Positions 19,857-28,746 of a stretch of 64,000 nucleotides of DNA are shown here, in pieces. The position numbers were made by a program, and so were the translations under genes. The notes below the pieces were generated by a model. It ran no database searches, was not told the origin of the DNA, and saw nothing but the letters and a program-made list of their open reading frames with translations. This stretch comes from Clostridia bacterium (lineage in GTDB: Bacteria > Bacillota > Clostridia > Christensenellales > Borkfalkiaceae): positions 10,355 through 74,354 of the forward strand of contig JAGHJD010000078.1 in the NCBI GenBank assembly GCA_017886895.1. Reading direction: 5' to 3'. The number at the start of each line of letters is the position of its first letter. Position 1 is the first letter of the stretch.

Positions 19857-20423
19857 CTACTTTTTCGGAGCGGAACTCTTCTGCCGAGGCTCCGCCCGGA
19901 CTTTCAGGTCAAGCACGGGGAAAATATGCGGGCGGATCTCCTCATCCATCACGTCAAACAGCACGCGCTTTACGCCGTTCGCACGGATCCCGCAAATGTT
20001 GTACGGCCAGCGTATCTCTTTGACGGGAAATGACGTCTTTTCTTTCTCAAACAAATCGCGCTCTGCCGCATTGAAGTAAACTGCAAGATAATATTTATTG
20101 ACGGTGATCGCAAAGGCGCAAAACGTTCTGCCGCGCCGCTTTACCCTGCAATAGAGTTCCGCGATCTTGTCCCCGCCCGTCCAGACGAGCTCCTTCGTAC
20201 AGAACCGCTCCTCGATCGCAAAGAGCAGTTCGCACATTTTTTCGTAGCGCTCTTTCCCGAGCATCTCTTCGGCAAGCGCAAAGCACTCTTCCTCCGTCTT
20301 CGGAAGATAGGGCGAACGGGGCAGCAAAACGGTACGGAGATAATCAAGGTCTTTCTCGGTCAGCTTTTTCTTGCTGACTTTCATCATTTTTTGCTGTGCG
20401 GGCGTGTACGGCCTCTCGTCCAT
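19857..20423 (-). CDS. Hypothetical protein, DUF3788-like
   Basis: W.GG...RRGRTFC...F...ER..FE pattern recalled for DUF3788; GAGGTG RBS. Confidence 0.6.
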   Translation of the reverse strand: MDERPYTPAQQKMMKVSKKKLTEKDLDYLRTVLLPRSPYLPKTEEECFALAEEMLGKERYEKMCELLFAIEERFCTKELVWTGGDKIAELYCRVKRRGRTFCAFAITVNKYYLAVYFNAAERDLFEKEKTSFPVKEIRWPYNICGIRANGVKRVLFDVMDEEIRPHIFPVLDLKVRAEPRQKSSAPKK

Positions 20424-20434
20424 TGCATCACCTC

Positions 20435-21202
20435 TTATAACAACTCATCCGTGCGGCGCAAAATCTCCTCTTTTGAAAGAGGCGCTCCGTCCTTACGGAA
20501 ATACGCCATATATTCGACGTTTTTACGCGGACGCAGCGGCGCATTCACAAGCCCGCAGAGCCGCAGCCCGCAATCCTCTGCCGCCGAAACGACTTTCTGC
20601 ACCGCTGCCCGCCGCACCGCCGCGTCTTTGACGACGCCGTGCTTATCCAGACCCTTTGCTCCGCACTCAAACTGCGGCTTGATGAGCGCAAAAAGCCTGC
20701 CGTGCTCCGCAAGCAGCCCCGCTATCGCAGGAAAGACCAACGACAGCGAAATAAAGCTGACGTCGACCGTGACTATATCGATCTGCTCCGGAAAATCCTC
20801 TGCCCGCAGATACCGCACGTTTGTCCTGTCCATCACCGTAACGCGCGGATCACGCACAAGCGACGGCGCAAGCTGGCTTTCCCCGACGTCTGCGGCATAG
20901 ACGCGGCGCGCCCCCGCTTTGAGCAGGCAGTCCGTAAATCCGCCCGTGCTTGCGCCTAAATCGGCACAGACGGCGCCCTCCGCACTCTCTTTAAAAAAAG
21001 TCAGCGCCCGCGCGAGCTTTTTTCCGCCTTCCGATACAAACTCGTCCGAAGGCGGTTCCAACCGAACATCGTCTCCTTCTCGGACTTCATCCGACGCTTT
21101 TGCGACCCTGCCGTTCAACGTGACGCGCCCCTCCGCTATGGCGCGCGCCGCCTTTGTCCGCGACGAGAAAAAGCGCTCGGATACATACTTGTCCAAGCGC
21201 AT
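20435..21202 (-). CDS. tlyA: TlyA family rRNA 2'-O-methyltransferase
   Basis: S4 domain MRLD..SRTKA, DLGASTGGFTD, DVSFISL, LIKPQFE. Confidence 0.93.
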   Translation of the reverse strand: MRLDKYVSERFFSSRTKAARAIAEGRVTLNGRVAKASDEVREGDDVRLEPPSDEFVSEGGKKLARALTFFKESAEGAVCADLGASTGGFTDCLLKAGARRVYAADVGESQLAPSLVRDPRVTVMDRTNVRYLRAEDFPEQIDIVTVDVSFISLSLVFPAIAGLLAEHGRLFALIKPQFECGAKGLDKHGVVKDAAVRRAAVQKVVSAAEDCGLRLCGLVNAPLRPRKNVEYMAYFRKDGAPLSKEEILRRTDELL

Positions 21203-21205
21203 TTT

Positions 21206-22090
21206 TCAATACTCCCTGTTCAGGACGAAACGTGCCGTTTCCTTGAAAAATTCCGTCTCAAAGGGCAGAACGTCCAGAACTTTTTCGCACTGCGCACAGT
21301 AACGCTCTGCCAGCGCGCGGCACTCCTCCATGCCGCAGAGACGCACAAAGCTGAGCTTCTTTTCGGATTCGTCCTTGCCGACGGACTTCCCGAGTTTATC
21401 GAATTCGCCGTTCACGTCGAGCATATCGTCGGTGATCTGGAACAAAAAGCCGAGGTTCCTCCCGTACTCCGCCAGAAGAGAGATGATATTCTCGTCCATG
21501 CCGTAGACGTACGCCGGCACCGTGACCGCAGAGACGAGCATTTTCGCCGTCTTGTTGCGGACGATAAATTCCGCCTCGCTCCTGCCCGCATCTTCCCTGC
21601 CTTCATAAAACAGGTCTGCCGCCTGCCCCGCGATCATGCCGCGCGCGCCCGCATTCAGACAGATCTGTTCCGCCGCATTCAGATAGGTGCGCCCGCGGCG
21701 GCTCTCCTGAAAACACAGCGCATACGCCTCGTTCAAAAGCGCGTCTCCCGCCAGGATCGCCTGCCCGACCCCGAATTTCTTGTGATTGGAGGGCTGTCCG
21801 CGGCGAAAATCGTCATTGTCCATGCCGGGAAGGTCATCATGCACGAGCGAATACGTATGGATCATCTCAAGCGCGACCGCGAAGGGCGCAACGTCCTGTT
21901 CTTTTCCGCCGAGCATACGCGCCGCAGCGAACATCAGAACGGGGCGCAGGCGCTTGCCGCCGACCAGCAGCGAATATCTGAAACTCTCGTTGAGAATATC
22001 CGGGGCAAGCGTGATCTTGCTCAGATAATCTGCAAGAGCGGCGTCAAACGCCGCTTTATATTTTTCAAAAAGCTGTTCGTACGTCTCCAA
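21206..22090 (-). CDS. ispA: Farnesyl/geranylgeranyl diphosphate synthase
   Basis: GGKRLRP, HDDLPGMDNDDFRRG, FQITDD. Confidence 0.92.
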   Translation of the reverse strand: METYEQLFEKYKAAFDAALADYLSKITLAPDILNESFRYSLLVGGKRLRPVLMFAAARMLGGKEQDVAPFAVALEMIHTYSLVHDDLPGMDNDDFRRGQPSNHKKFGVGQAILAGDALLNEAYALCFQESRRGRTYLNAAEQICLNAGARGMIAGQAADLFYEGREDAGRSEAEFIVRNKTAKMLVSAVTVPAYVYGMDENIISLLAEYGRNLGFLFQITDDMLDVNGEFDKLGKSVGKDESEKKLSFVRLCGMEECRALAERYCAQCEKVLDVLPFETEFFKETARFVLNREY

Positions 22091-22093
22091 ATG

Positions 22094-22939
22094 TCAGCTC
22101 CTCTGCGCCGCCAATACGGTATTGTACAGCAGCATCGTGATCGTCATGGGCCCTACGCCGCCCGGCACGGGCGTGATATAGGACGCCTTGTCCTTGACCG
22201 CATCATAATCCACGTCGCCGCACAGTTTGCCGTTTTCGTCCCTGTCCATGCCGACGTCGATGACAACGGCACCCTCCTTGACCATATCCGCGGTGACGAA
22301 CTTGGCGCGCCCGATCGCAACGACGAGAATATCCGCCTGCGCGCAGACTTTTGCAAGATCTTTCGTCTTGCTGTGGCAGACGGTGACGGTGGCGTTCGCG
22401 TTCAAAAGCAGCATCGCCATCGGCTTCCCGACGATATTCGAGCGCCCGAGCACGACCGCGTTTTTCCCGCAGGGATCGATGCCGTACGCTTCGAGCATCT
22501 TCATCACGCCGAAGGGCGTGCAGGCAACGAGCGCCGTGCGGTTCATCGCGAGGTTCCCCAAGTTCTCGGCGCAGAAGCCGTCCACATCCTTTTCGGGCGG
22601 GATACGCTTTAAAATGCGCTCCGCGTCGAGATGTTTCGGCAAAGGGAGCTGCACGAGGATGCCGTGCACCGCATCGTCCCGCACCAGCTCATCCACGAGC
22701 GCCGCGAGCTGCTCCTCGCTTGTCTCTGCGGGAAGATGATAGGAATACGAACGTATCCCTACTTCTTCGCACGCCTTGATCTTATTGCGGACATACACCT
22801 GTGAAGCGGGGTCCTCCCCGACCAGCACGACCGCAAGCCCGATCTCCTTTCCGCGTTCCCGCGAAAAACGCTGCGCATCCTCGCGGATCCCTGCGCGCAG
22901 ACGCGCGGCAAGCTCTTTTCCGTCAATACGAATACTCAC
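22094..22939 (-). CDS. folD: Methylene-THF dehydrogenase/cyclohydrolase
   Basis: [30 protein letters not shown]. Confidence 0.96.
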   Translation of the reverse strand: MSIRIDGKELAARLRAGIREDAQRFSRERGKEIGLAVVLVGEDPASQVYVRNKIKACEEVGIRSYSYHLPAETSEEQLAALVDELVRDDAVHGILVQLPLPKHLDAERILKRIPPEKDVDGFCAENLGNLAMNRTALVACTPFGVMKMLEAYGIDPCGKNAVVLGRSNIVGKPMAMLLLNANATVTVCHSKTKDLAKVCAQADILVVAIGRAKFVTADMVKEGAVVIDVGMDRDENGKLCGDVDYDAVKDKASYITPVPGGVGPMTITMLLYNTVLAAQRS

Positions 22940-23340
22940 GATTTATCCTCCCGTGCAATAAAAGACGCCAGCACGCCGTTGACGAAACCGACGCTCTTTT
23001 CCGCAGAATATTTTCTCGCCAGCCCGACCGCCTCGTCCACCGCGACGACGGCGGGCGTTCCGCCGACAAACTTGATCTCCGCCATGGCAAGCATGAGCAC
23101 GCTCTTGTCCGCAGGGAAGAGCCGTTCCGCAGAAAAGCCGACGGAATATTCCCCGAGCAGCGCTTCGAGTTCCTGCCTGTGCTCACGCACGGCACCGACG
23201 AGCGACTCTGCAAATTCAATGTCCTCCTGCCCGAGTTCCGCCGACTTATAGACGCCGCGGCGGAACGCGCCGTCTTCTCCGCCGTTGAACAGTGACGCAA
23301 AAATAATTTTAAACGCGCATTCGCGCGACTTGCTTCTCAT
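22936..23340 (-). CDS. nusB: Transcription antitermination factor NusB
   Basis: RSKSRE N-terminus, DEAV.LA..Y, FVNGVL; conserved position. Confidence 0.9.
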   Translation of the reverse strand: MRSKSRECAFKIIFASLFNGGEDGAFRRGVYKSAELGQEDIEFAESLVGAVREHRQELEALLGEYSVGFSAERLFPADKSVLMLAMAEIKFVGGTPAVVAVDEAVGLARKYSAEKSVGFVNGVLASFIAREDKS

Positions 23341-23406
23341 CCGTCTTTATTCCTCTCCGAACGGAAATATTTCCCCGCGCGCAGGGCGCAGGGAAATATA
23401 ACTCGT

Positions 23407-23754
23407 TTAATACTGCTGCTCCGCCGTGCGCTCGGCACCGAAATCCACGCCTACGACATACACATCGACTTTTGCGACTTTATAACTTGTCATCGCCTCG
23501 ACGTTGTGCTTGACCGTCTGCTGGATCTTAAAGGCGACTTCGGGCACATTGTAACCGTAATCGACTATGACGGAAATGTCGGCATAGATGCCGCCTTTTT
23601 CAAAATAAACTTTCAGCCCTTTTTTCTTCCCGCCGAGCAGGGTCACCCCCTCGACTTCGGAAACCGCAAGATGAATGATCCCGCTCACGATCCCCGGATT
23701 GTAGGAAACTTTTCCCTTCTGCCCTTCGGGCGGGACCCGCCTGAAAACCGCCAT
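23407..23754 (-). CDS. Asp23/Gls24 family protein (YqhY-like)
   Basis: EVEGV, YGYNVPEVA..IQ..VK..VEAMT; upstream of nusB. Confidence 0.88.
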   Translation of the reverse strand: MAVFRRVPPEGQKGKVSYNPGIVSGIIHLAVSEVEGVTLLGGKKKGLKVYFEKGGIYADISVIVDYGYNVPEVAFKIQQTVKHNVEAMTSYKVAKVDVYVVGVDFGAERTAEQQY

Positions 23755-23825
23755 TTTCCACGCTCCGAAATTTCTGTTATGTTCTTATTATAACATACTT
23801 TTCGGGATTTGAACAGTATTTTGCT

Positions 23826-24317
23826 TTAAATTTCTGTTCCGATAGGCGTAATATTTACATTTGCCGGATCACATCCCGCTTCCGTACTCAGAATATTGTA
23901 GATCGCAAGGAAATCTTCATACGCGAGCGCGGATGCGCTGACGAACACATTCGCGTTTTCAGACTCCGTTCCGATGCTTACGACAACGTCCTCATAGCCC
24001 ATTGCCTTGATGTACGTTTCGAGAAGCAGTTCTTTTTCCATTGCCTCGACGATATCGAGCTTGAGCGCGATTGCCTCGGCATATTCCGTGCTGGACGAAT
24101 CCACTTCCGCAAGTATGGAATCAAGCTCCAGAAGTTCCGCGTTCCTGTTCGTCGTGCGATCCGTCCTGTAAGTGGAGAAGTAATTCGCCACCGTCGTCGC
24201 ATCATCGCCGTCCGCACTGCCCGTCACACTGCCCGCAAGCACGAAATTGAACACGGCGGTCACGGCAAGCAGCAAAACGAGCGCGGACATGATCACTATT
24301 TTTTTGGTTCTCGACAT
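23826..24317 (-). CDS. spoIIIAH: Stage III sporulation protein AH
   Basis: N-terminal TM, YFSTYRTDR, E.LLE..IKA.GYED; last gene of spoIIIA operon. Confidence 0.85.
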   Translation of the reverse strand: MSRTKKIVIMSALVLLLAVTAVFNFVLAGSVTGSADGDDATTVANYFSTYRTDRTTNRNAELLELDSILAEVDSSSTEYAEAIALKLDIVEAMEKELLLETYIKAMGYEDVVVSIGTESENANVFVSASALAYEDFLAIYNILSTEAGCDPANVNITPIGTEI

Positions 24318-24342
24318 TTCCGTTTACTCCTTCTTTTTTATT

Positions 24343-24843
24343 TTACGAACCTGCTTTTGTGTATACTTTGATTAGGCTTTGGTCTATATGCAACGCGGTC
24401 GCGGCTGCGTCGATCAGACGGATGCGGACGAGCACGCTCTCCGCTCCCTCCGCGACGATCAGTACGCCCGTAATTTCCGGCAAAAGCTCTTCCAGCACGA
24501 CGACATCCCCGTCCACAAGGACCGGTGAAGTCGTCGTATTGCCGTCCTCATCCACCGTCGTCTCCATTGCGATCACCGTCTCCCCTTCGGACGCCGCGGT
24601 CACAAACACTTCCACGCTGCCCACGCCGTCGATCTGCGAAAGGACGGACGAAAGCTCCCTTTCTACCTGTTCCGCATAACTTTCCTCTGCCGCCGACGCC
24701 GTCTCTTCCCCGCCGCCGCCCGCGAGCATGGAATACACCACCGCGATCACGACCGCGGCCAGGATAAGCACGATCACGATCTCAAGGATCTTTCCGGACT
24801 TGAATTTTTCCCTGAATTTTGAAACAGCGCTTCCTTCGCTCAT
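24343..24843 (-). CDS. spoIIIAG: Stage III sporulation protein AG
   Basis: TM, LSQIDGVGSVEV, PEITGVLIVAEGA. Confidence 0.88.
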   Translation of the reverse strand: MSEGSAVSKFREKFKSGKILEIVIVLILAAVVIAVVYSMLAGGGGEETASAAEESYAEQVERELSSVLSQIDGVGSVEVFVTAASEGETVIAMETTVDEDGNTTTSPVLVDGDVVVLEELLPEITGVLIVAEGAESVLVRIRLIDAAATALHIDQSLIKVYTKAGS

Positions 24844-25313
24844 TGCACCGTCACCTCCGCGTCTTCGTACAGGTCGGATATGCGTGCGGCGATTTTCTCG
24901 ATTATAAATATATGCTCGTCATCGCCGGATATTCCGCCTTCCTCTACCGTTATTCCGATTTTCGTCACAGTGTACGCATACTCGACGCTTTCCCACAAAA
25001 CCTGCGCGTCCGCCTGTACGGAAAATTCTTCCAACACAAGCGCTTCGATCGCGGCTTCTTCCTCTTCCGCTCTGCGTGAAAACATATAATCGATAAAGCC
25101 GTCATCCAATTCCATCTCTTCGGACCCGCCGTCCGACGAAATGCTCCAATCCTGTTCGGAAAAGAGAAACAGCAACGGAACGAGCATGACCAGGAGGCAG
25201 AATAATTTTAAAATCCCGTTTACGAACTTCCCCGTCCTGCCCTCGGGCAGCAGGATCGCGACAAGAGCCGCGATGAGCGACGCACCGCAGACCGCAAGGA
25301 TATATGCCGTCAT
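24840..25313 (-). CDS. spoIIIAF: Stage III sporulation protein AF
   Basis: Two N-terminal TM helices around LLPEG..GKFV; operon position. Confidence 0.78.
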   Translation of the reverse strand: MTAYILAVCGASLIAALVAILLPEGRTGKFVNGILKLFCLLVMLVPLLFLFSEQDWSISSDGGSEEMELDDGFIDYMFSRRAEEEEAAIEALVLEEFSVQADAQVLWESVEYAYTVTKIGITVEEGGISGDDEHIFIIEKIAARISDLYEDAEVTVQ

Positions 25314-25314
25314 C

Positions 25315-26562
25315 TCACAGCATCGCGTTGGAGGAGCAGATGAGCAGCAGGACCGTCACAAAATACATGAACCCCACCGCAAGCAGCCCCGCGATAAAAT
25401 AGTTGACCGTACCGGAAAGCGAAGAAAGAAAGCCCGAGATCCCCTCCGCGCCCACCGGCTCCGTCACCGCCGCCGTAAGTTTTAAAAATAAATTGTACAC
25501 GACGAGCTGAACGAGCGGCACGGCGATCACGATGACAAGCAGCAGGATGCCGCACATTCCGACCGAATTTTTGATAAGCATACCGCCCGCCATAAGCAGA
25601 TCCAAACCTCCGCTTAAAAACCCGCCGACGACCGGCACCGAATTTCCGATAGCGTAGCGCGCCGCTTTGAACGAAATGCCGTCGTACGTCGCCGAAGTGA
25701 TCCCCTGCACCGTCAGAAAGACCGAAAATGCGGTCAGCGTGATCCCGAGCACCCACTTGATGACGCTCGAGAAAAAAGAAGTGAAATTCTGCAGCTTTAT
25801 TTCTCCGTTCATGTGCCCCGCCATGTGCAGGACACAGACCAGGATCGCCAGGGGAAATACTACCGTCGAGACGACCTGCACCACCCCGTCGCTCAGAAAG
25901 AGAGCCGCAGGTCTGTAAACCGCCGCGGAGACGCTGCCGCCGCAGGTGACGACAAGCGTCAGAAGGACGGGGAAAATCGCCTGCATCTGCGCGCGCATGG
26001 AAGAAACCGCCGAAATACAGTCCGAAACCACGCCCGAGAAGGATGAGAGGATCAGAACGAGCACGGCGCCGTAGCACAGAAAAAAGATCAGCCGCTCCGT
26101 ACCGCGCTCCGCAAAGGAGCTTTTGAACCTGTTCAGAATGCCGCACAGAATGGCAATGGAGAGAATGATGCAAAAGGTCGGCAGTAAGCCCGAAAGCCCG
26201 TCGAAAACAAGGGAAGCGATCGCCTCCAACGCATTTTCGTAATCTATCGCGTAGTCCCCGCTGAGAAGCGCCATGACCTTTTCGGAAAAATCGGAGCCTC
26301 CGAACTGTTCGCGCTGCTCTTCGCTGAGCGAGGCAAGGTACTCGTCCAGCGCGTCCGTGTCCAGGTTTCCCAGGATCGTCTCGATATTGTCCCAAAGTTC
26401 TTCCTCCCCGCTCTCCCCTTCCACCTCGCTTGCCGCAGCCTGCGTTTCCGCGGCTCCCTCCGCTTCTGCGGGCAGAAACATGAGGGACGCCGTCAGCGCA
26501 AGCAATGCTGTCAGCGCCAAAATAAGGCGGAAATATTTCTTTCTTTTCGAGCGTACGATCAT
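25315..26562 (-). CDS. spoIIIAE: Stage III sporulation protein AE
   Basis: Polytopic membrane protein, VPVVGG, LIKNSVG; operon position. Confidence 0.9.
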   Translation of the reverse strand: MIVRSKRKKYFRLILALTALLALTASLMFLPAEAEGAAETQAAASEVEGESGEEELWDNIETILGNLDTDALDEYLASLSEEQREQFGGSDFSEKVMALLSGDYAIDYENALEAIASLVFDGLSGLLPTFCIILSIAILCGILNRFKSSFAERGTERLIFFLCYGAVLVLILSSFSGVVSDCISAVSSMRAQMQAIFPVLLTLVVTCGGSVSAAVYRPAALFLSDGVVQVVSTVVFPLAILVCVLHMAGHMNGEIKLQNFTSFFSSVIKWVLGITLTAFSVFLTVQGITSATYDGISFKAARYAIGNSVPVVGGFLSGGLDLLMAGGMLIKNSVGMCGILLLVIVIAVPLVQLVVYNLFLKLTAAVTEPVGAEGISGFLSSLSGTVNYFIAGLLAVGFMYFVTVLLLICSSNAML

Positions 26563-26951
26563 ACAAGCTCCAAAAAACTAGACACCATCGTGACCAGCCC
26601 CTGAACGATGGGGATCGCCACGGCAAAAATGATCACTTTTCCCGCAAAGACCAGCTTGTCTGCTATACTCTTTGCGCCGAAATCTTCCACGATCCCGGCG
26701 GCAAATTCAACGAGGTACCCGATCGCCACGATCTTAAGAATGGTGCGTATGAGCGTGTTGTCGATCCCCGTCGCCTCGCCGATCTGCGAAAAAATGCCGA
26801 TCGTTTCGCTCAGCATATCGACGGTGAACAGCAGCAGGATGACGGCGCCGGCGATCGTGACCGCAAAGGAAAGTTCGGGTTTGGAAGAACGGAGCAAAAT
26901 TGCGGCGACCGCCGTCACAAGTCCCACGCCGATGATCTTGACAAGTTCCAT
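26559..26951 (-). CDS. spoIIIAD: Stage III sporulation protein AD
   Basis: ILKIVAIGYLVEF...D.G..SIA.K...GK. Confidence 0.9.
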   Translation of the reverse strand: MELVKIIGVGLVTAVAAILLRSSKPELSFAVTIAGAVILLLFTVDMLSETIGIFSQIGEATGIDNTLIRTILKIVAIGYLVEFAAGIVEDFGAKSIADKLVFAGKVIIFAVAIPIVQGLVTMVSSFLELV

Positions 26952-26954
26952 ATG

Positions 26955-27152
26955 CTAAAACAGATCGAATATGCTGCGGATGGAATCGAACAGACCCGCC
27001 ACCATATCCAGGACGACCGTCAGAACGATGATGAGCCCGACAAGGCTGACGAGCGTGGCAATATCTTCCCTGTCCGATTTTTTCAGGATCTGGCAGATGA
27101 TCGTAACGATGATGCCGACTGCCGCGATCTTGAAAATAATATCAATGTCCAT
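26955..27152 (-). CDS. spoIIIAC: Stage III sporulation protein AC
   Basis: MDIDIIFKIAAVGI, 65 aa, two TM helices. Confidence 0.92.
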   Translation of the reverse strand: MDIDIIFKIAAVGIIVTIICQILKKSDREDIATLVSLVGLIIVLTVVLDMVAGLFDSIRSIFDLF

Positions 27153-27170
27153 GGTCCCTCCACAGGCCGC

Positions 27171-27641
27171 TTACACGATGAGAATGACGAGGATCAGCCC
27201 CGCAAGCACACCGAGTTTAAGATACAGGGCAAAATGCTTTTTATACGCCTCTTCGGCGCGGCGGCGCTGCTCGTCGACTTCTGCGCGCTGTGCCGAAAGA
27301 TACGTTTTCTGCGATGCCGCATCGCTCTTGCCGATCATGCCGAAATAATCCGCAAGATATTTGCGCTCGTTCTCTTTCAGGTAAGAAAACGCATAATTTT
27401 CGCAGCGGAACCCGCCGACGCGCTTTTCCTCCAGCATCTTTCCGAAGTCCCCGCCGAAGCGGTACTTGCCGATAAATTCGGGGAGCGGCGCCCGCGCATA
27501 ACTCACTTCATTGAGCAGCCGCTCGTTGAAAAGGCTGAAATTGTAGTAAAAATCCCTGCGCTGCTTATATTTGCGCGTGAGCAGGAATGCAAGGAATACG
27601 CAGAGGGCGAGCACGCCGGTGCACAGAAAAAGTTTCAGCAT
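27171..27641 (-). CDS. spoIIIAB: Stage III sporulation protein AB
   Basis: N- and C-terminal TM, G.SD..SQ, LGVLAGL; operon position. Confidence 0.85.
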   Translation of the reverse strand: MLKLFLCTGVLALCVFLAFLLTRKYKQRRDFYYNFSLFNERLLNEVSYARAPLPEFIGKYRFGGDFGKMLEEKRVGGFRCENYAFSYLKENERKYLADYFGMIGKSDAASQKTYLSAQRAEVDEQRRRAEEAYKKHFALYLKLGVLAGLILVILIV

Positions 27642-28546
27642 CCCGCCACCGCATCGAGCGGCTGCAAGTCCGCATCATAGATCCCTTCCATGCACCCCAC
27701 ACCCTCCTCGGAAAGCACGACGTAATACCCGAACAGTTTTTCCCTAACGCAGACAGAAAAGACGGGAGATATGCGCAGCGCATCAATACTGCGCAGATGC
27801 GCCGAAGCAAGCACCTCCACGCCGCCGCGCACACACGCCGCGACGGCTGCGATCTCCTCCGCCGAGACGAGCTCGTCCGTGACGATGACGTCCGGGCGCA
27901 TCGCGCGGACGGCGGCGGTCAACGCGTCGCTCTTGCGCGCAAACCTGATCACGTCCGTAAACGCGCCCGTATCCAGCGAAAAATCCATGCTTGCCGCGGT
28001 GATCTCGTTTCGCTCGTCGCTGACGAGCACGTTCAGCGGTTTCCCCGAACAGAGCAGGCGGGCAAGATCGCGCAGGATCGTCGTCTTCCCCCTCCCCGGA
28101 GGAGAGAGAAGCAGAACGCTCGTCAACCCGTTTTGAAAACATGTGCGCCATACCTGTTCGCCGCACCCCGCCACCTCATGCGGCACGCGGATGTTGAGCG
28201 AGGTAACTTCCTTGACGGCAAAGACGCGCCCGTCCTCGTAGACGTACATGCCTCCGAGCCCGATGCGCTCGCCGTGCGCGCCGGTGATAAAACCCTGCCG
28301 CATCTGTTCGGTGACGGAGTAGACCGAATAATTGCTTGCGCGGTAGACGATCTCTTCCACGTCTGCGGAACTTGCCACGAGCGCAGCGCCCTGCCTGTCC
28401 GTTGCGCCTGCGCTCCCGAGATAAGTATAGTTCCCCCCGTAGTTCATCACGACCGGCTTCCCCGCACGCACGCGCAATTCGTAAACGGAGTTGAGATTTG
28501 TATTGCGCAGCGCGGCGCGAAGGCCGTCCGTCAGAAAATCCAGCAT
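27635..28546 (-). CDS. spoIIIAA: Stage III sporulation protein AA (ATPase)
   Basis: ELRVRAGKP, GFIT, Walker A PPGRGKTT, DERNEI, PDVIVTDE. Confidence 0.93.
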   Translation of the reverse strand: MLDFLTDGLRAALRNTNLNSVYELRVRAGKPVVMNYGGNYTYLGSAGATDRQGAALVASSADVEEIVYRASNYSVYSVTEQMRQGFITGAHGERIGLGGMYVYEDGRVFAVKEVTSLNIRVPHEVAGCGEQVWRTCFQNGLTSVLLLSPPGRGKTTILRDLARLLCSGKPLNVLVSDERNEITAASMDFSLDTGAFTDVIRFARKSDALTAAVRAMRPDVIVTDELVSAEEIAAVAACVRGGVEVLASAHLRSIDALRISPVFSVCVREKLFGYYVVLSEEGVGCMEGIYDADLQPLDAVAGC

Positions 28547-28567
28547 GCTTGTCCTCCGCTTCCGTAT

Positions 28568-28596
28568 ATCATATTAGCTGCGCCCCTCCGATATGC
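28568..28596 (-). promoter_or_regulatory. Candidate sigmaE promoter of the spoIIIA operon
   Basis: GCATAT-15-AATATGAT on minus strand resembles the sigmaE consensus; spoIIIA is sigmaE-controlled in model spore formers. Confidence 0.6.
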
Positions 28597-28746
28597 CCGC
28601 GGCATAAAAAAATCCTCCCCGCCGGTTTTCGGCGCGGAGCGACACATGCCGATGCACAACAAACCCGATGCGCTTGGTACACGCTTTTCAAGAAAAACCG
28701 CCCGCGGCGCACATGTGCGCCGCGGGCGGGACAACAGATCTTCTAT

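Noticed and set aside
23367-23399. Hairpin between asp23 and nusB
   Set aside because: Single ordinary stem-loop with a weak U tail; nothing suggests more than a stabilizer or leaky terminator.
25310-26626. 438-aa alternative-frame ORF over spoIIIAE
   Set aside because: Arg/Gly-rich out-of-frame reading of a hydrophobic gene; the spoIIIAE frame is complete, so no frameshift is needed.
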